Source of the DNA: an uncultured bacterium
Lineage (GTDB): Bacteria; CSSED10-310; CAZUFC01
Direction: 5' to 3'
Length of the DNA stretch: 64,000 bases
Assembly (NCBI GenBank): GCA_964619725.1
Contig: CAZUFC010000017.1
Span: 21,708 to 85,707, forward strand
Made by a program: the position numbers and the translations under genes. The notes under the pieces were generated by a model. The model had not been told where the DNA came from and did no database searches. It worked only from the letters and a program-made list of their open reading frames with translations. Shown piece by piece: positions 18,420 to 28,557 of the stretch (positions within the stretch are counted from its first letter, which is position 1; every line of letters begins with the position of its first letter).

Positions 18420-19509
18420 TAAAAACCGCTACCTGTCCGGTGAAGAAATCCTTCCGCCGGCGATCTCTCCGCAAATCAGCGCCGCTGAACTCATCGACAA
18501 TCAATTTACTGCATACAACGCCCGACGTTTAAATGAAATTTGCCGACTTTTCACGAAAAAAATACTGAATAACAAAACTACAATAGGACTGTCGCTGTCA
18601 GGTGCGTTGACCCCTGCAGGATTGGGCATTTCCTGTATCATTCCTCTTATGCGGTACGGAATGATAGACTGGATCGTATCAACGGGAGCGAATCTCTATC
18701 ACGACGCGCATTTCGCTATCGGTAAATCTTTGCATAAAGGAAAAATTTCCTGGAATGACGTTGAACTGAGAAAAAACAACGTGGTCAGAATATTCGACGT
18801 TGTGTTCGATTATAATGTCTTGCTCGATACGGACGCCTTCTTTCGGCGAATAATTAAACAACCTGAATTTCAACGGGAAATGGGCTCCGCAGAATTCCAC
18901 CGCCTCTGCGGTCAATACCTGATAGAACGAGAAAAAGAACTTGGACTGAAAAAAGTCTCAATCCTGGCCGAAGCATGCCGGCTTGACATTCCCGTTTTTA
19001 CCTCCTCCCCAGGCGACAGTTCAATCGGAATGAATATAGCCGCTGCCGAACTGGAAAACAATAAACTGAAAATTAATTCGTCCGTTGATGTAAATCAAAC
19101 CGCTGCCATCGTCTATAATGCAAAAAACAACGATGAATTCTCGGCAGTCGTTATATTGGGCGGCGGCTCGCCTAAAAATTTCATGCTCCAAACAGAACCT
19201 CATATCCAGGAAGTCCTGGGACTAAAAGAAACAGGTCATGACTACTTCATCCAGATAACGGATGCCAGACCTGATACCGGCGGTCTTTCCGGCGCCACTC
19301 CATCAGAAGCCGTTTCCTGGGGAAAAATCGATGCCGATAAATTGTCCAACACCGTCGTCTGCTACTCCGATACTACCATTGCACTCCCTCTTTTCGTCGC
19401 TTACGTCCTCTCAAAACAAAATCCCAGAAAACCTTCACGGATTTATAAAAATCTGGATAGCTTTACCGAAAAAATGAAAAAGGCGCTGAATATCAAAAAA
19501 CGAGACTGA
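18409..19509 (+). CDS. speY: Deoxyhypusine-synthase-like homospermidine synthase
   Basis: [38 protein letters not shown] and [23 protein letters not shown] (catalytic Lys). Overlaps the end of the upstream gene. Confidence 0.88.
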   Translation: MKISKNRYLSGEEILPPAISPQISAAELIDNQFTAYNARRLNEICRLFTKKILNNKTTIGLSLSGALTPAGLGISCIIPLMRYGMIDWIVSTGANLYHDAHFAIGKSLHKGKISWNDVELRKNNVVRIFDVVFDYNVLLDTDAFFRRIIKQPEFQREMGSAEFHRLCGQYLIEREKELGLKKVSILAEACRLDIPVFTSSPGDSSIGMNIAAAELENNKLKINSSVDVNQTAAIVYNAKNNDEFSAVVILGGGSPKNFMLQTEPHIQEVLGLKETGHDYFIQITDARPDTGGLSGATPSEAVSWGKIDADKLSNTVVCYSDTTIALPLFVAYVLSKQNPRKPSRIYKNLDSFTEKMKKALNIKKRD

Positions 19510-19659
19510 GCAAACAGGGATTACACTTTTGGGAATCATTTCTTCTCTTTTCTGTGATGATCAGATATGTCCCGGGCTGAGGTGTCTTTGTAATTGTTTC
19601 TGAAAATCCGGGCGTTTTGACCATCGATCCCCCAAAAAAACGCTGTATATTTCTATGTT

Positions 19660-19740
19660 TCATACTTCCTGAGCGGCAGCATATCTCTGAAAAAGCCTGA
19701 ATGTGATCATCAACGCTTCCTTGCGCAACCCTAGCGCCAC
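19660..19740 (-). CDS. Candidate 26-aa small protein MALGLRKEALMITFRLFQRYAAAQEV
   Basis: GTG at 19740, 5 nt after the SD-like AAAGGGGGTGA; TGA at 19660-62. Below the ORF-track cutoff. Confidence 0.35.
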   Translation of the reverse strand: MALGLRKEALMITFRLFQRYAAAQEV

Positions 19741-19771
19741 GCACCTCACCCCCTTTTCACGGGCCCTCCCC

Positions 19772-19900
19772 CGCTCGCTTTCAGATTCGGATCATCCACC
19801 ACCTCGGGCAAACCTTGCCTCTGAAACAGGTCATGCTTCAGAAACATGCCCCCTGCCTTCCTTGCGAGCGAAAGTTCCAAGATTCTGGATCCGAATCTCA
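19772..19900 (-). ncRNA. Candidate structured (pseudoknotted) RNA or 5' leader
   Basis: 11-bp helix (19898-19888 with 19793-19783) crossed by a 7-bp helix (19870-19864 with 19778-19772), plus internal hairpins. Begins at the predicted sigma-54 +1; a G-U pair favours the minus strand. Confidence 0.5.
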
Positions 19901-19911
19901 TTCAGCTTGAA

Positions 19912-20165
19912 GCACCTTTCATGCCAAAAATAAGTTTTCTTTAAAAACAATAAGTTATATTTTTCTCTTGCCTTGCCGTATCTCCGAAAATTCAAAAAAT
20001 TTGAATTTTTTTCAAATTTTTTGAATTTCATTCCAGCCGCTAATTCAGTCAACCCAAAAAAACAATTCCATAATATCCTTTAAACACAATAAATTAAATT
20101 CTTCGATAATTCCATAGAAACGGCGGTTTTTACCGTAATCCAGAGTTCAAATTTTTTGAATTTCA
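19912..20165 (-). promoter_or_regulatory. Sigma-54 (-24/-12) promoter with IHF-like site and enhancer palindromes
   Basis: TGGCATGAAAGGTGC (GG-N10-GC, 19926-19912); AAACAATAAGTTA (one mismatch to the IHF consensus) at 19945-57; TTCAAA-N3-TTTGAA at 19991, 20011 and 20146. Confidence 0.65.
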
Positions 20166-20394
20166 CGTTTTTGTGTGACATGCGATCAAAGGATATCACT
20201 GTTTTCCTGTAGACATAACCCTTCCAGCATAATATTTTATCCATTGAATGGGTTTGCGGAGGTCCCCTGATAATATTTCTTACAGCTTCGCAACAAACTC
20301 ATTTTCGGTAAAAGCTTCCTCATGCATTGAGAAAAAGTAGAAGGACACAGAGAAACACTTCATCCGCTAAAGGGTTCTATTAAGGAGTTAAGCG

Positions 20395-23300
20395 ATGCAG
20401 CGAATAATTTTTCTGGCGATTTTCCTGGCGCTGATGGAATACTGTTTATTTTCAAGGGAATGTTCTGGAGTAGAATCGTACGATCAATCATCATATTTTA
20501 TAAGTGATGCCGAGCCTGTGCCGTTGGAGAAACCGATTTCAAATCCTCTGGAATATTCGACGTCGAGGATAGGCTTGGACATTGACGGTTTCAAACTTCC
20601 TCGAGGACATGAAGGGAGGTACAGGTTTTCATGCCGATTTCCGGTCATTGATTATGTTTCCGAGCGTCCATTGTATATGAAACAATGGACGGAGGAACAG
20701 GCGGATTTGCTGATGAGTTCTCACAGTGAGAAGGGCATAGAGGTTGTAGCGGACGCTTTGACTATTTTGTGCGGAGGTAAAAACGAGACTGACGTTGAAC
20801 CTGCCGAATTAAAAAAGGAGAAGGAATTATTTCGCGATAAGCTTCAGGCGTCGTCTTTTAAGAGCTGGTATCAGGACGCTCTGCTGGAGCTTTACGAGAG
20901 TTATTTGAAAGCGTGGAGATTGACGAAATACGGGCGCCGGGGATTGAGCGAAGAGGATTTGTCGTTTTTCAATAAGAATCCTGGTTATTATATCGCTCCG
21001 ACGGAAGAAAAGATGACGTCATTAACGGGGAATGTCGAGACGCATTTTCGATATATCGAATGCGCCAGGCGGGCGGATTATGCCTGCATATTCGGAGGAG
21101 CTGAAATCGTGTCGAAAGCGGTGATGGCTTATATAGAAAGGGTGGAATCACATTCATCGAGTGATTTTTGTCGTGGTGATGCGAGCAAAAGCTTCCGTTT
21201 AGAATATGAATCGCCGGCGGGACTCATAAAAGTATCGGGTAAAGGAAACGACGAACACAACGAAGATGCGGTTTTTCTGATCGATTTAGGAGGCGACGAC
21301 GTATACGTCAACAATGCCGGAGGCGTTTGCAATCTGAAACAGGCGGTCTGTTTATGTATTGATCATGCGGGAGACGACGACTATATTTCTTACAAAGGTC
21401 GTTATATGCAGGGATTCGGACATCTAGGAACAGGAATGCTGATTGATTTGTCTGGAGATGACCGTTATATGGCGGGACATTTTTCGCAGGCGGCTGGGAT
21501 AATGGGAGTCGGAGTTATCTGGGACAAAGAGGGTGATGATCAATACATCGGGCAGACTTTCGGACAAGGGGCCGGTATGTTCGGACTCGGGATGCTCCTT
21601 GATGATGCTGGAGAGGATTTTTATGATATTGCGAGTTTAGGCCAGGGAGCAGCGACTACATTAGGATTGGGTATTCTGTCTGATTTAACGGACGACGACA
21701 GATACCATCTTGCGGTCGGAAGAGACAAGGATTCTCTGGGGGGAATGCCCGGATACGGCCAGGGAGGCGCTTTATCCTTTCGTCACTATCCCTGGGAAGG
21801 CGAATTGACGCCTTACGGCGGAGCGGGAATGCTCATAGACGCCAGAGGGAACGATCGATACCGCACAAAAGGATGGTGCGATCAGGGAGGCAGCTACATC
21901 ATGTCCCTGGGAGCGTTGGTCGATTATGAGGGAAATGATCATTATTCGGCTCATACAGGCCAGGGAAGCGGAATACATATTACTAACGCTATCCTGGTCG
22001 ACCGGAAAGGACATGACGTGTATGAGGGGAAATTTCGATGCGGCGGTTCCGGAGGAGACCGTTCACCCGGATTTTTGATCGATTATCAGGGCAATGACGT
22101 TTACCGATCCAGGACTTCATCTTACGGCACAGGCTGCAAACCCTTCTGTTTTTCTCTGTTTGTCGACTATTCGGGCGACGACGTTTACATATGTCCTCGG
22201 CCGGAAGATGAGATCACTTTCAACAACTGGGAAAGCTTCGGCGGAGTATGGCCGGAATCGGAACCTCACATCTGGCCTTACGCCGTTTGTCTGGATTTAA
22301 GCGGCGACGATGATTATCAGGTCCGCAATCGTTCGAATAACTCCGAAACACACAGTTTCGGGCACGGAATTCATCTGGACACGGAATTTCCCTCCAGCGA
22401 CATCATAGGAACCCTTCCCTGTCCGCTGGAACCTTATCGCTCGTTTCCACTTCCTCTTAACGTTAAAAATTCCGAATATTACGAAGACATAAAAGCGCTT
22501 CAAAATCCCCATACTTTTATCCGTTTTCAGACCATAGGCCGCATAACGAACAGCGGTACCGATGTTTTGCCGTCTCTTGTCGACGCTGTAATTAATTCTG
22601 AACATGTTCAATTCAACAGAGACGTTCTCGAATGCATTCATATTTTCTGTTCATCCCGGATAATCAGCGAAAATGATGAAAAAACGATAGCGAAGCTGCT
22701 GAAAGCAGCGTCGCCGGAAATCAGGATCATCACAGCCGATAACTGCGGAATTTGGAAATGGACATCCTCTGAACATGCACTTATGGAATCTTTAAAAGAT
22801 GAAAACGCTGAAGTTCGCAGATTTGCGTTGAATTCGCTGATCAGCCTGGAATCCGATAAAGCATCATCCTTCGTCAGAGAAAGCCTGATAAAGGATTCGT
22901 CAGAAAACGTCAGACGAACGGCCGTTCGATATATTCAACTGATATCGGAAGAATTCGATCCTTTTCCTTACCTGGCGGATGCTCTGCTGGATGATCCGGC
23001 ATCGTCCGTAAGAGTCGCTGCGGCTGAGGCGCTGGGTTATCTGCAGGAGCAGCGCGCTGTTGAGCTGCTCAAGGATGCTGCGGAATCATACGATGTATAC
23101 CTAAAACGTGCGGCGGCAAAAAGTCTGGGGGAGCTGGGAGAGATCGAGGGCATTGAAATTCTGATCGATTCACTCTCCTTTCCGTCCATTGATGCGTTTT
23201 TCAATTACGACCGCAACATCCCAAACTATATATCGGCATATGCCGGACATGACCTCAACGAGGATGAAAGATATGACAGAGAAAAGTGGCGTCAATGGTT

Positions 23301-23742
23301 CCAAAAAAGTAAAGATCAAATTGATCTGAAGGAAAACGTAAAAGCCTACAGGGCATATCAGGATACGGCAAAGGCAGTGCGAGACATTACAATTAAACGG
23401 AAAATCGAAAAATATGAAGCATTTTTATCGAATTTTCCTGATTATAATCGCGCTCGAAAAGCCCTGGCGAAAATTCTGAATGAAGCCGCCTGGAAAATGG
23501 TCACGGCTCCCGAAAATTCGAAGGATCATGATCCGGAGACAGGCCTGAAATACGCTCTGCGCGCCGTTGAACTGGAACCTCACATCAATTACATCGATAC
23601 TCTTGCTGAAGCTTATCTCGCCGCCGGCAAAACGGCTGAAGCGGAAGAATTATGCCTGGAAATGCTGGAAAAGCATCCGGATGAAAAGATGTTTCAAGAC
23701 AGGTTGGATCGTTGCAGGAAAACCAGTGAAAATGATTTATAA
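20395..23742 (+). CDS. Large exported protein: about 12 DxxG[DN]DxY Gly-rich repeats, HEAT repeats and TPR
   Basis: Signal peptide; repeats IDLGGDDVY, IDHAGDDDY, IDLSGDDRY...LDLSGDDDY separated by QGxGxxGxG; HEAT-PBS motifs (VRVAAAEALG); C-terminal TPR. Confidence 0.85.
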   Translation: MQRIIFLAIFLALMEYCLFSRECSGVESYDQSSYFISDAEPVPLEKPISNPLEYSTSRIGLDIDGFKLPRGHEGRYRFSCRFPVIDYVSERPLYMKQWTEEQADLLMSSHSEKGIEVVADALTILCGGKNETDVEPAELKKEKELFRDKLQASSFKSWYQDALLELYESYLKAWRLTKYGRRGLSEEDLSFFNKNPGYYIAPTEEKMTSLTGNVETHFRYIECARRADYACIFGGAEIVSKAVMAYIERVESHSSSDFCRGDASKSFRLEYESPAGLIKVSGKGNDEHNEDAVFLIDLGGDDVYVNNAGGVCNLKQAVCLCIDHAGDDDYISYKGRYMQGFGHLGTGMLIDLSGDDRYMAGHFSQAAGIMGVGVIWDKEGDDQYIGQTFGQGAGMFGLGMLLDDAGEDFYDIASLGQGAATTLGLGILSDLTDDDRYHLAVGRDKDSLGGMPGYGQGGALSFRHYPWEGELTPYGGAGMLIDARGNDRYRTKGWCDQGGSYIMSLGALVDYEGNDHYSAHTGQGSGIHITNAILVDRKGHDVYEGKFRCGGSGGDRSPGFLIDYQGNDVYRSRTSSYGTGCKPFCFSLFVDYSGDDVYICPRPEDEITFNNWESFGGVWPESEPHIWPYAVCLDLSGDDDYQVRNRSNNSETHSFGHGIHLDTEFPSSDIIGTLPCPLEPYRSFPLPLNVKNSEYYEDIKALQNPHTFIRFQTIGRITNSGTDVLPSLVDAVINSEHVQFNRDVLECIHIFCSSRIISENDEKTIAKLLKAASPEIRIITADNCGIWKWTSSEHALMESLKDENAEVRRFALNSLISLESDKASSFVRESLIKDSSENVRRTAVRYIQLISEEFDPFPYLADALLDDPASSVRVAAAEALGYLQEQRAVELLKDAAESYDVYLKRAAAKSLGELGEIEGIEILIDSLSFPSIDAFFNYDRNIPNYISAYAGHDLNEDERYDREKWRQWFQKSKDQIDLKENVKAYRAYQDTAKAVRDITIKRKIEKYEAFLSNFPDYNRARKALAKILNEAAWKMVTAPENSKDHDPETGLKYALRAVELEPHINYIDTLAEAYLAAGKTAEAEELCLEMLEKHPDEKMFQDRLDRCRKTSENDL

Positions 23743-24037
23743 ATCTGGTCTGATCAATCCGGGTCGCAATGAGCTTCAATGACCTACAGACGTTTTTATA
23801 ATCCGGAGCGCTTCTCGTTTTACTCTGCTTCGGATACCAATCGTTCAGAATATTAAGCGGCAATGTTGCGATGGATTTGCTCCTTCCGGAATTCAATAAT
23901 TGAAAAAAAGCAATGACTATGATAGGTAAGTCCCGGTTGAAATTTGATTTTGCATCTGACTCATAAATCAAATTGCCTGGGAGAGCGTTCAATGAAGATG
24001 GCGAAGAAGAGAGCATGAAGGAGGTTAGGAGGTTGAA

Positions 24038-24388
24038 ATGAGCATGAAGATTGCGCTTTTTGCTTTTAACGGGGAGCAAATGTGTTTCATCCACGTATTA
24101 TTGAATGCATTGGATATGAATGAAAAAGGATATGACGTCAAACTTATCATCGAGGGAACAGCGACGAAGCAGATAAAGGAGCTCTCGGAACCGGGAAAGA
24201 TATTCGCGGGATTATATGAGAAGGTAAAGGCTGCAGGGTTAATCGACTGCGTATGTCAGGCGTGTGCGAACAAGATGCAGTCTCTTGAGAGCGCCCGTTC
24301 ACAGGAATTGCCGGTTTGCGGAGAGATGAGCGGACATCCGTCGATCAGCCGTTATTTGCAGCAGGGTTATGAAGTTTTAGTATTTTAG
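24038..24388 (+). CDS. DsrE/DsrF-like family protein
   Basis: CFIHVLLNALDM...VKLIIEG...IDCVCQACA...GHPSI...GYEVLVF. Confidence 0.8.
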   Translation: MSMKIALFAFNGEQMCFIHVLLNALDMNEKGYDVKLIIEGTATKQIKELSEPGKIFAGLYEKVKAAGLIDCVCQACANKMQSLESARSQELPVCGEMSGHPSISRYLQQGYEVLVF

Positions 24389-24533
24389 TATAAGAAGCGA
24401 GAGAAAGAGAAAGCGCAGGTATTGAACTTTTGCAAAAAGGAATTAGAATTACTAAGCGAGAAGCTTTCATGAGACAAAGAGAGTCTGAAACAGAGAGAAG
24501 CTTCATTTTGTATTCATGCGAGGAGGAAGAATT

Positions 24534-27143
24534 ATGAGGAAAGCATTAAGTGCAATATTGGGAATTCTATTATTGAGCGGAGCGGCGAGGGGAGCTGAGC
24601 AGCTTGTATTTGAGGACCCTGCGAGCGATGACGACGGTCCCGGTTATTACATTTACCCGACTGATCGTGTGTATACGCCGGGCTCGTTTGATCTCAGGAT
24701 GCTTGAGGTTGTTGATCGGGGCAACTTAGTGGAAGTAACGGTGACGGTGGGAGCGAAATTGGAGAATCCCTGGGAGATGGATACGGGTTTTTCCTTACAG
24801 ATGGCGACGGTTTATATCGATCTGGACGGTAAAACCGGTTCCGGTCACGAGTGGGCGCTTCCCGGTTTTAACGCCGGTTTTCGAGCAGACTCATTCTGGG
24901 AAAAAGCTCTTATTCTTTCACCCCAATCAGCTTCTCGTTTAAACACGGAAATAAAAACCAAAGCGCCTGAACTGGAAGAGGACATTCTCATACCCATCAA
25001 AATGAAAGTAAGGACCAGGAGTTTTACGGGAGTATTTCGCAAGGATGATTTAGGAGCTGATGTGTCTGAAGATTGGGGATTTCAGGTTTTGTTGACGAGC
25101 AACGAAGGTTTTCCTGATGCCGACGAGATAATGACGAGAAAAGTTAATGAGTATGAAGGTCCTCATCGTTTCGGAGGCGGCAGCGATTATGACGGAGACC
25201 CTCATTTCATGGATATGCTCTGGCCGCCGGCGCAGGGTGGTCCGGATGAAATAGATGGACAGCACGAATGTCTTTCGAGGTACGAAAGCAGTTCTGATCC
25301 TTCGGAGAATGTATATGTAAGGATACCTATGGTCAAGGCGGGCCGTGAAGAAGGGCCGGCGCCCTTTCAACCGGATGTAAGGACTTCGGTGTACGGAAAA
25401 GCTCCTGTGTCGAAAAGCCAGGTTGTAAAAGTGGGCGAAGACCTGAGATTTAAATGGGGCGGAAAATTTTTCACTAACTGGTTATGGGGTAATGACGTAT
25501 CCGAACATTCCGTCTACATGGATGCGTTCGGTGATCACGGACTGAACGGCATCAATTCAGAGCTGGAATTGACGATTCACGCCTATATTTCAGATTACGC
25601 CGAAGCGGGAGCAAGAATCAAAAACAGATTCAGATACAATTACTGGACGACATACTGGAACAACGACAATTTGGATGAAGCCGAGTATATGAAATTAAGG
25701 GGATACTGGCTGCGATTCCGCCTGCCGGAAGTGTTCGCTCCTTATCTGGAAAAAATACATATCGGTTCTTCTGACCTGGGAATGTTCAACGCCTGGACCG
25801 TGGGCAGAATCAGATATATCGACAGAGACAATGCCAAAGGCATCTTCTTCATGGGAAAATTCAGCGACAAGGTGACCTATGATCTCGGGCGCATCAGCCT
25901 TCCTGAATTGTGGGCAGGACCAGGATGGTCTACCCGCGGCAAGGGATATTATTCAGCCGACGGTTTCGCAGTGCAGGATTACGCGCTGGCGGCATCCGTA
26001 AACGTGGATGCATCGGATTATTTCAGGTTTCGCGTGTTAGGCGATTACACGAGCGATAAAGAAGGAGACCTGGATGATGATAATCCCAGGGACGGAGTGG
26101 ACCGGGAAACTCGATATCAGAACACCGTAGGCAGCTTTGAATTTGCAGCAGACCTGGCCGGTTTCGCTGAATTAAACGGCGTTTATAATTATTCAAAATC
26201 AAATTACGATGCGAAATTCGATTATCTTGCACAAAAAGGCGAAAACGTCATTCCGCAGAAAGATGTTTCAGATTCAGCTTACAAACTGGGGCTGGAGTCC
26301 GACGATCCTTTCGGCATAGGCCTGGGCATCGAATTGGAATACTTCAACATCGGAGCGGACTTCATTTCACTGATGGCTGCCCGTCGCGAAACCGACGTAC
26401 TCCTCACAGAAGGTTTTGAGGCTGATGACGTCCTGGAATTAAATCCCGAGGACGATTTTCCTGAGGCCTATGAATACGGAGGCTGGTGGGGCGCCATGGG
26501 TCAAGCGCCCACGTTGAACATCGACAACAATGATACCCAGTTTGATGAAACTTATTATCAGTCCATAATCGGCTGGAAAGGTTTTACCGCTCTACTGAAA
26601 TACGGATTCGGAAGTTTGGATTTTTCAGGCGAATATACCATCATTGATTACAACACCAATATGCAGGGCAGGGATATGAGCGTTTATCCCCTTTACGCAG
26701 GCGTTTATAAAGAAGACCAGGACAGAAATTCCTCCATCGCAGCGCTTAACGCTTCATATACATTTGAGATGGGAAGAACGTTCGATATTTCTGCCAGAGC
26801 CAAACACATACTGGATGAAGACGATCAGAACAAAGACATATCTGCGGATGATTACGAATACGACAAATGGATATATGAAGCAGCTTTGGGCTGTCGCATC
26901 ATTGATGAGATTTATCTCAATATCGGAACCACAATGTACGACCGTACGATTACTCTGGGCGACGAAGAACATCCCGCCGATAAAACCCGCATATTTTTCA
27001 AAGGTTCTTACGACCTGGGAGGCGTGAAAATAGGCGGCGCACTGGAACAGTACAAAGGCGAATCCTGGTCTGCCGATTTCACCGAAAAATATGACGATTA
27101 CAAGCTGAACAGAGCAAGAATCTTCTTTGAAGCCGCTTTTTAG
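24534..27143 (+). CDS. Glucodextranase C-terminal (DOMON-like) domain fused to a predicted outer-membrane beta-barrel
   Basis: FEDPASDDDGPGYYIYPTD..Y.PGSFDL, NPW..GFSLQ...VYID and RFGGG motifs. The C-terminal ~570 aa are aromatic/Asp-rich alternating strands ending FFEAAF. Confidence 0.8.
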   Translation: MRKALSAILGILLLSGAARGAEQLVFEDPASDDDGPGYYIYPTDRVYTPGSFDLRMLEVVDRGNLVEVTVTVGAKLENPWEMDTGFSLQMATVYIDLDGKTGSGHEWALPGFNAGFRADSFWEKALILSPQSASRLNTEIKTKAPELEEDILIPIKMKVRTRSFTGVFRKDDLGADVSEDWGFQVLLTSNEGFPDADEIMTRKVNEYEGPHRFGGGSDYDGDPHFMDMLWPPAQGGPDEIDGQHECLSRYESSSDPSENVYVRIPMVKAGREEGPAPFQPDVRTSVYGKAPVSKSQVVKVGEDLRFKWGGKFFTNWLWGNDVSEHSVYMDAFGDHGLNGINSELELTIHAYISDYAEAGARIKNRFRYNYWTTYWNNDNLDEAEYMKLRGYWLRFRLPEVFAPYLEKIHIGSSDLGMFNAWTVGRIRYIDRDNAKGIFFMGKFSDKVTYDLGRISLPELWAGPGWSTRGKGYYSADGFAVQDYALAASVNVDASDYFRFRVLGDYTSDKEGDLDDDNPRDGVDRETRYQNTVGSFEFAADLAGFAELNGVYNYSKSNYDAKFDYLAQKGENVIPQKDVSDSAYKLGLESDDPFGIGLGIELEYFNIGADFISLMAARRETDVLLTEGFEADDVLELNPEDDFPEAYEYGGWWGAMGQAPTLNIDNNDTQFDETYYQSIIGWKGFTALLKYGFGSLDFSGEYTIIDYNTNMQGRDMSVYPLYAGVYKEDQDRNSSIAALNASYTFEMGRTFDISARAKHILDEDDQNKDISADDYEYDKWIYEAALGCRIIDEIYLNIGTTMYDRTITLGDEEHPADKTRIFFKGSYDLGGVKIGGALEQYKGESWSADFTEKYDDYKLNRARIFFEAAF

Positions 27144-27182
27144 ATTCCGGGTAACAGCAATACTTTAAAATTCAAGCCGACG

Positions 27183-27211
27183 GCCGTCCGCTGCAAAGCG
27201 GACGGTTTTTT
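27183..27211 (+). terminator. Intrinsic terminator
   Basis: GCCGTCCGCT-GCAA-AGCGGACGGT followed by a T-run. Confidence 0.8.
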
Positions 27212-27335
27212 ATTCAATCCAATTTCGATGCAAAAAAAGCGGCTGACGGAGCGATATCCTCGAATAGCGGTCCACAGGAAAATAATACTTTTAAAAAAGC
27301 GCTTGCCGTCTCTTATCGTCCCATAACCGCAAGGT

Positions 27336-28145
27336 TCAAAGAACATAACCGGATGCATAACCCACAACAGCCAGATAATCGCCGGTGATATCGCCTGATG
27401 TCTGATACCTGACTATTTTCGCTTCCGTGGCGCCCATTCGCTTGCATGCCTCCAGCATTGTAACGGTGGGAATGAAACCGCACATACTGATATTATGTTT
27501 TCTGACGACGCGATAAAGCCCCTCCGGATTCAATTTTTCAAACTCGGTCAGCGCCATTTTATCCTTTCTGTTTGCAGATTCCTGAGGTTCCTGATGAGTC
27601 ATGTCGGTACTGGCTACTATCAGGTATTCCTTTTCCGTTTCGGATTTAACAGCTTGCGCTATGGCGGCTCCCACTTCGGTACAAGTTTCATACTTGTGAT
27701 CCATGAAACTTATTGGGACTAATTTAAAATCCTCTCTGAAATATTGCAGGAACGGAAGCTGCACTTCAAGCGAATGCTCGCCCGTATGCGATGACGGATC
27801 GTCGCTGATCCTTCCCTGACCGGCTTTTAAAATCGACCTGGCCATATCCGCATCTATCTGCACCTCACCTAATGGTGTTTCCCAGGAACCCTCGGTCATG
27901 ATGCTGACGCTCGATGTCGCCCACCTGTGATTGGGACACATGACTATCACCGTTTCAGGGATGACGATCCTGGAATATATCGCTCCGGCTACAGGACCGG
28001 AAAACATATATCCGGCGTGAGGAGAAATTATCCCCATTACCTTGCGTTTAGCTTCGATCTCCTCTACGTATTCTTCGATCTGGCTGATCAATGCGCTGCG
28101 TTTACCGGCATAAAACTGACCCGCTACTGCCGCTTTTCTGATCAT
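27336..28145 (-). CDS. amrB: MEMO1-family protein (AmmeMemoRadiSam protein B)
   Basis: IRKAAVAGQFY, SPHAGYMFSG, PNH, EHSLEVQLPFLQ, ASTDMTH, ISMCG and VVGYA. Confidence 0.93.
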   Translation of the reverse strand: MIRKAAVAGQFYAGKRSALISQIEEYVEEIEAKRKVMGIISPHAGYMFSGPVAGAIYSRIVIPETVIVMCPNHRWATSSVSIMTEGSWETPLGEVQIDADMARSILKAGQGRISDDPSSHTGEHSLEVQLPFLQYFREDFKLVPISFMDHKYETCTEVGAAIAQAVKSETEKEYLIVASTDMTHQEPQESANRKDKMALTEFEKLNPEGLYRVVRKHNISMCGFIPTVTMLEACKRMGATEAKIVRYQTSGDITGDYLAVVGYASGYVL

Positions 28146-28557
28146 TTTTTCTCCCTCCTCTTTATAACGAAAAGATATTTTTATGTTTTAAGTTTTTTAA
28201 TTCCGCATTTCATCATAATCCTGGAATCTCTTTCAATAGTTTGAAAAATCATCGCTGTAACAATTTAAGCAGAAAACAGAAAGCGAATCAAATACAACAG
28301 AATTCACCCGTTGCGCCCCTGATGTTTCGGCGACAGATCGATTCTTTTCCGGCAAGGCGAAAGTTGAGTATCAAACCCGGCGCACAATGATCCTTCGAAA
28401 AATTAACATCATTGGGCTGAAACCGCTCCTCACAAGCTCATGCACCATAATGAGAGACAGGCTCACGTATTGCACTACGACATCGCATATCGGTAAATCC
28501 TGATCAATCTCCGTCCCTGCACTCCAACACCGGCCCCGGCCTGTTCCTCTTGCAAGA

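Noticed and set aside
19772-19900. HDV-like or hammerhead ribozyme, or a known riboswitch
   Set aside because: No CUGANGA/GAAA core, no HDV P1.1/P4/catalytic-C arrangement, and no aptamer consensus I recognise. An Rfam scan is still needed.
19510-20394. AT-rich intergenic region near mnmEG as oriC
   Set aside because: No TTATCCACA-type DnaA box cluster seen; the motifs fit a sigma-54 enhancer better.
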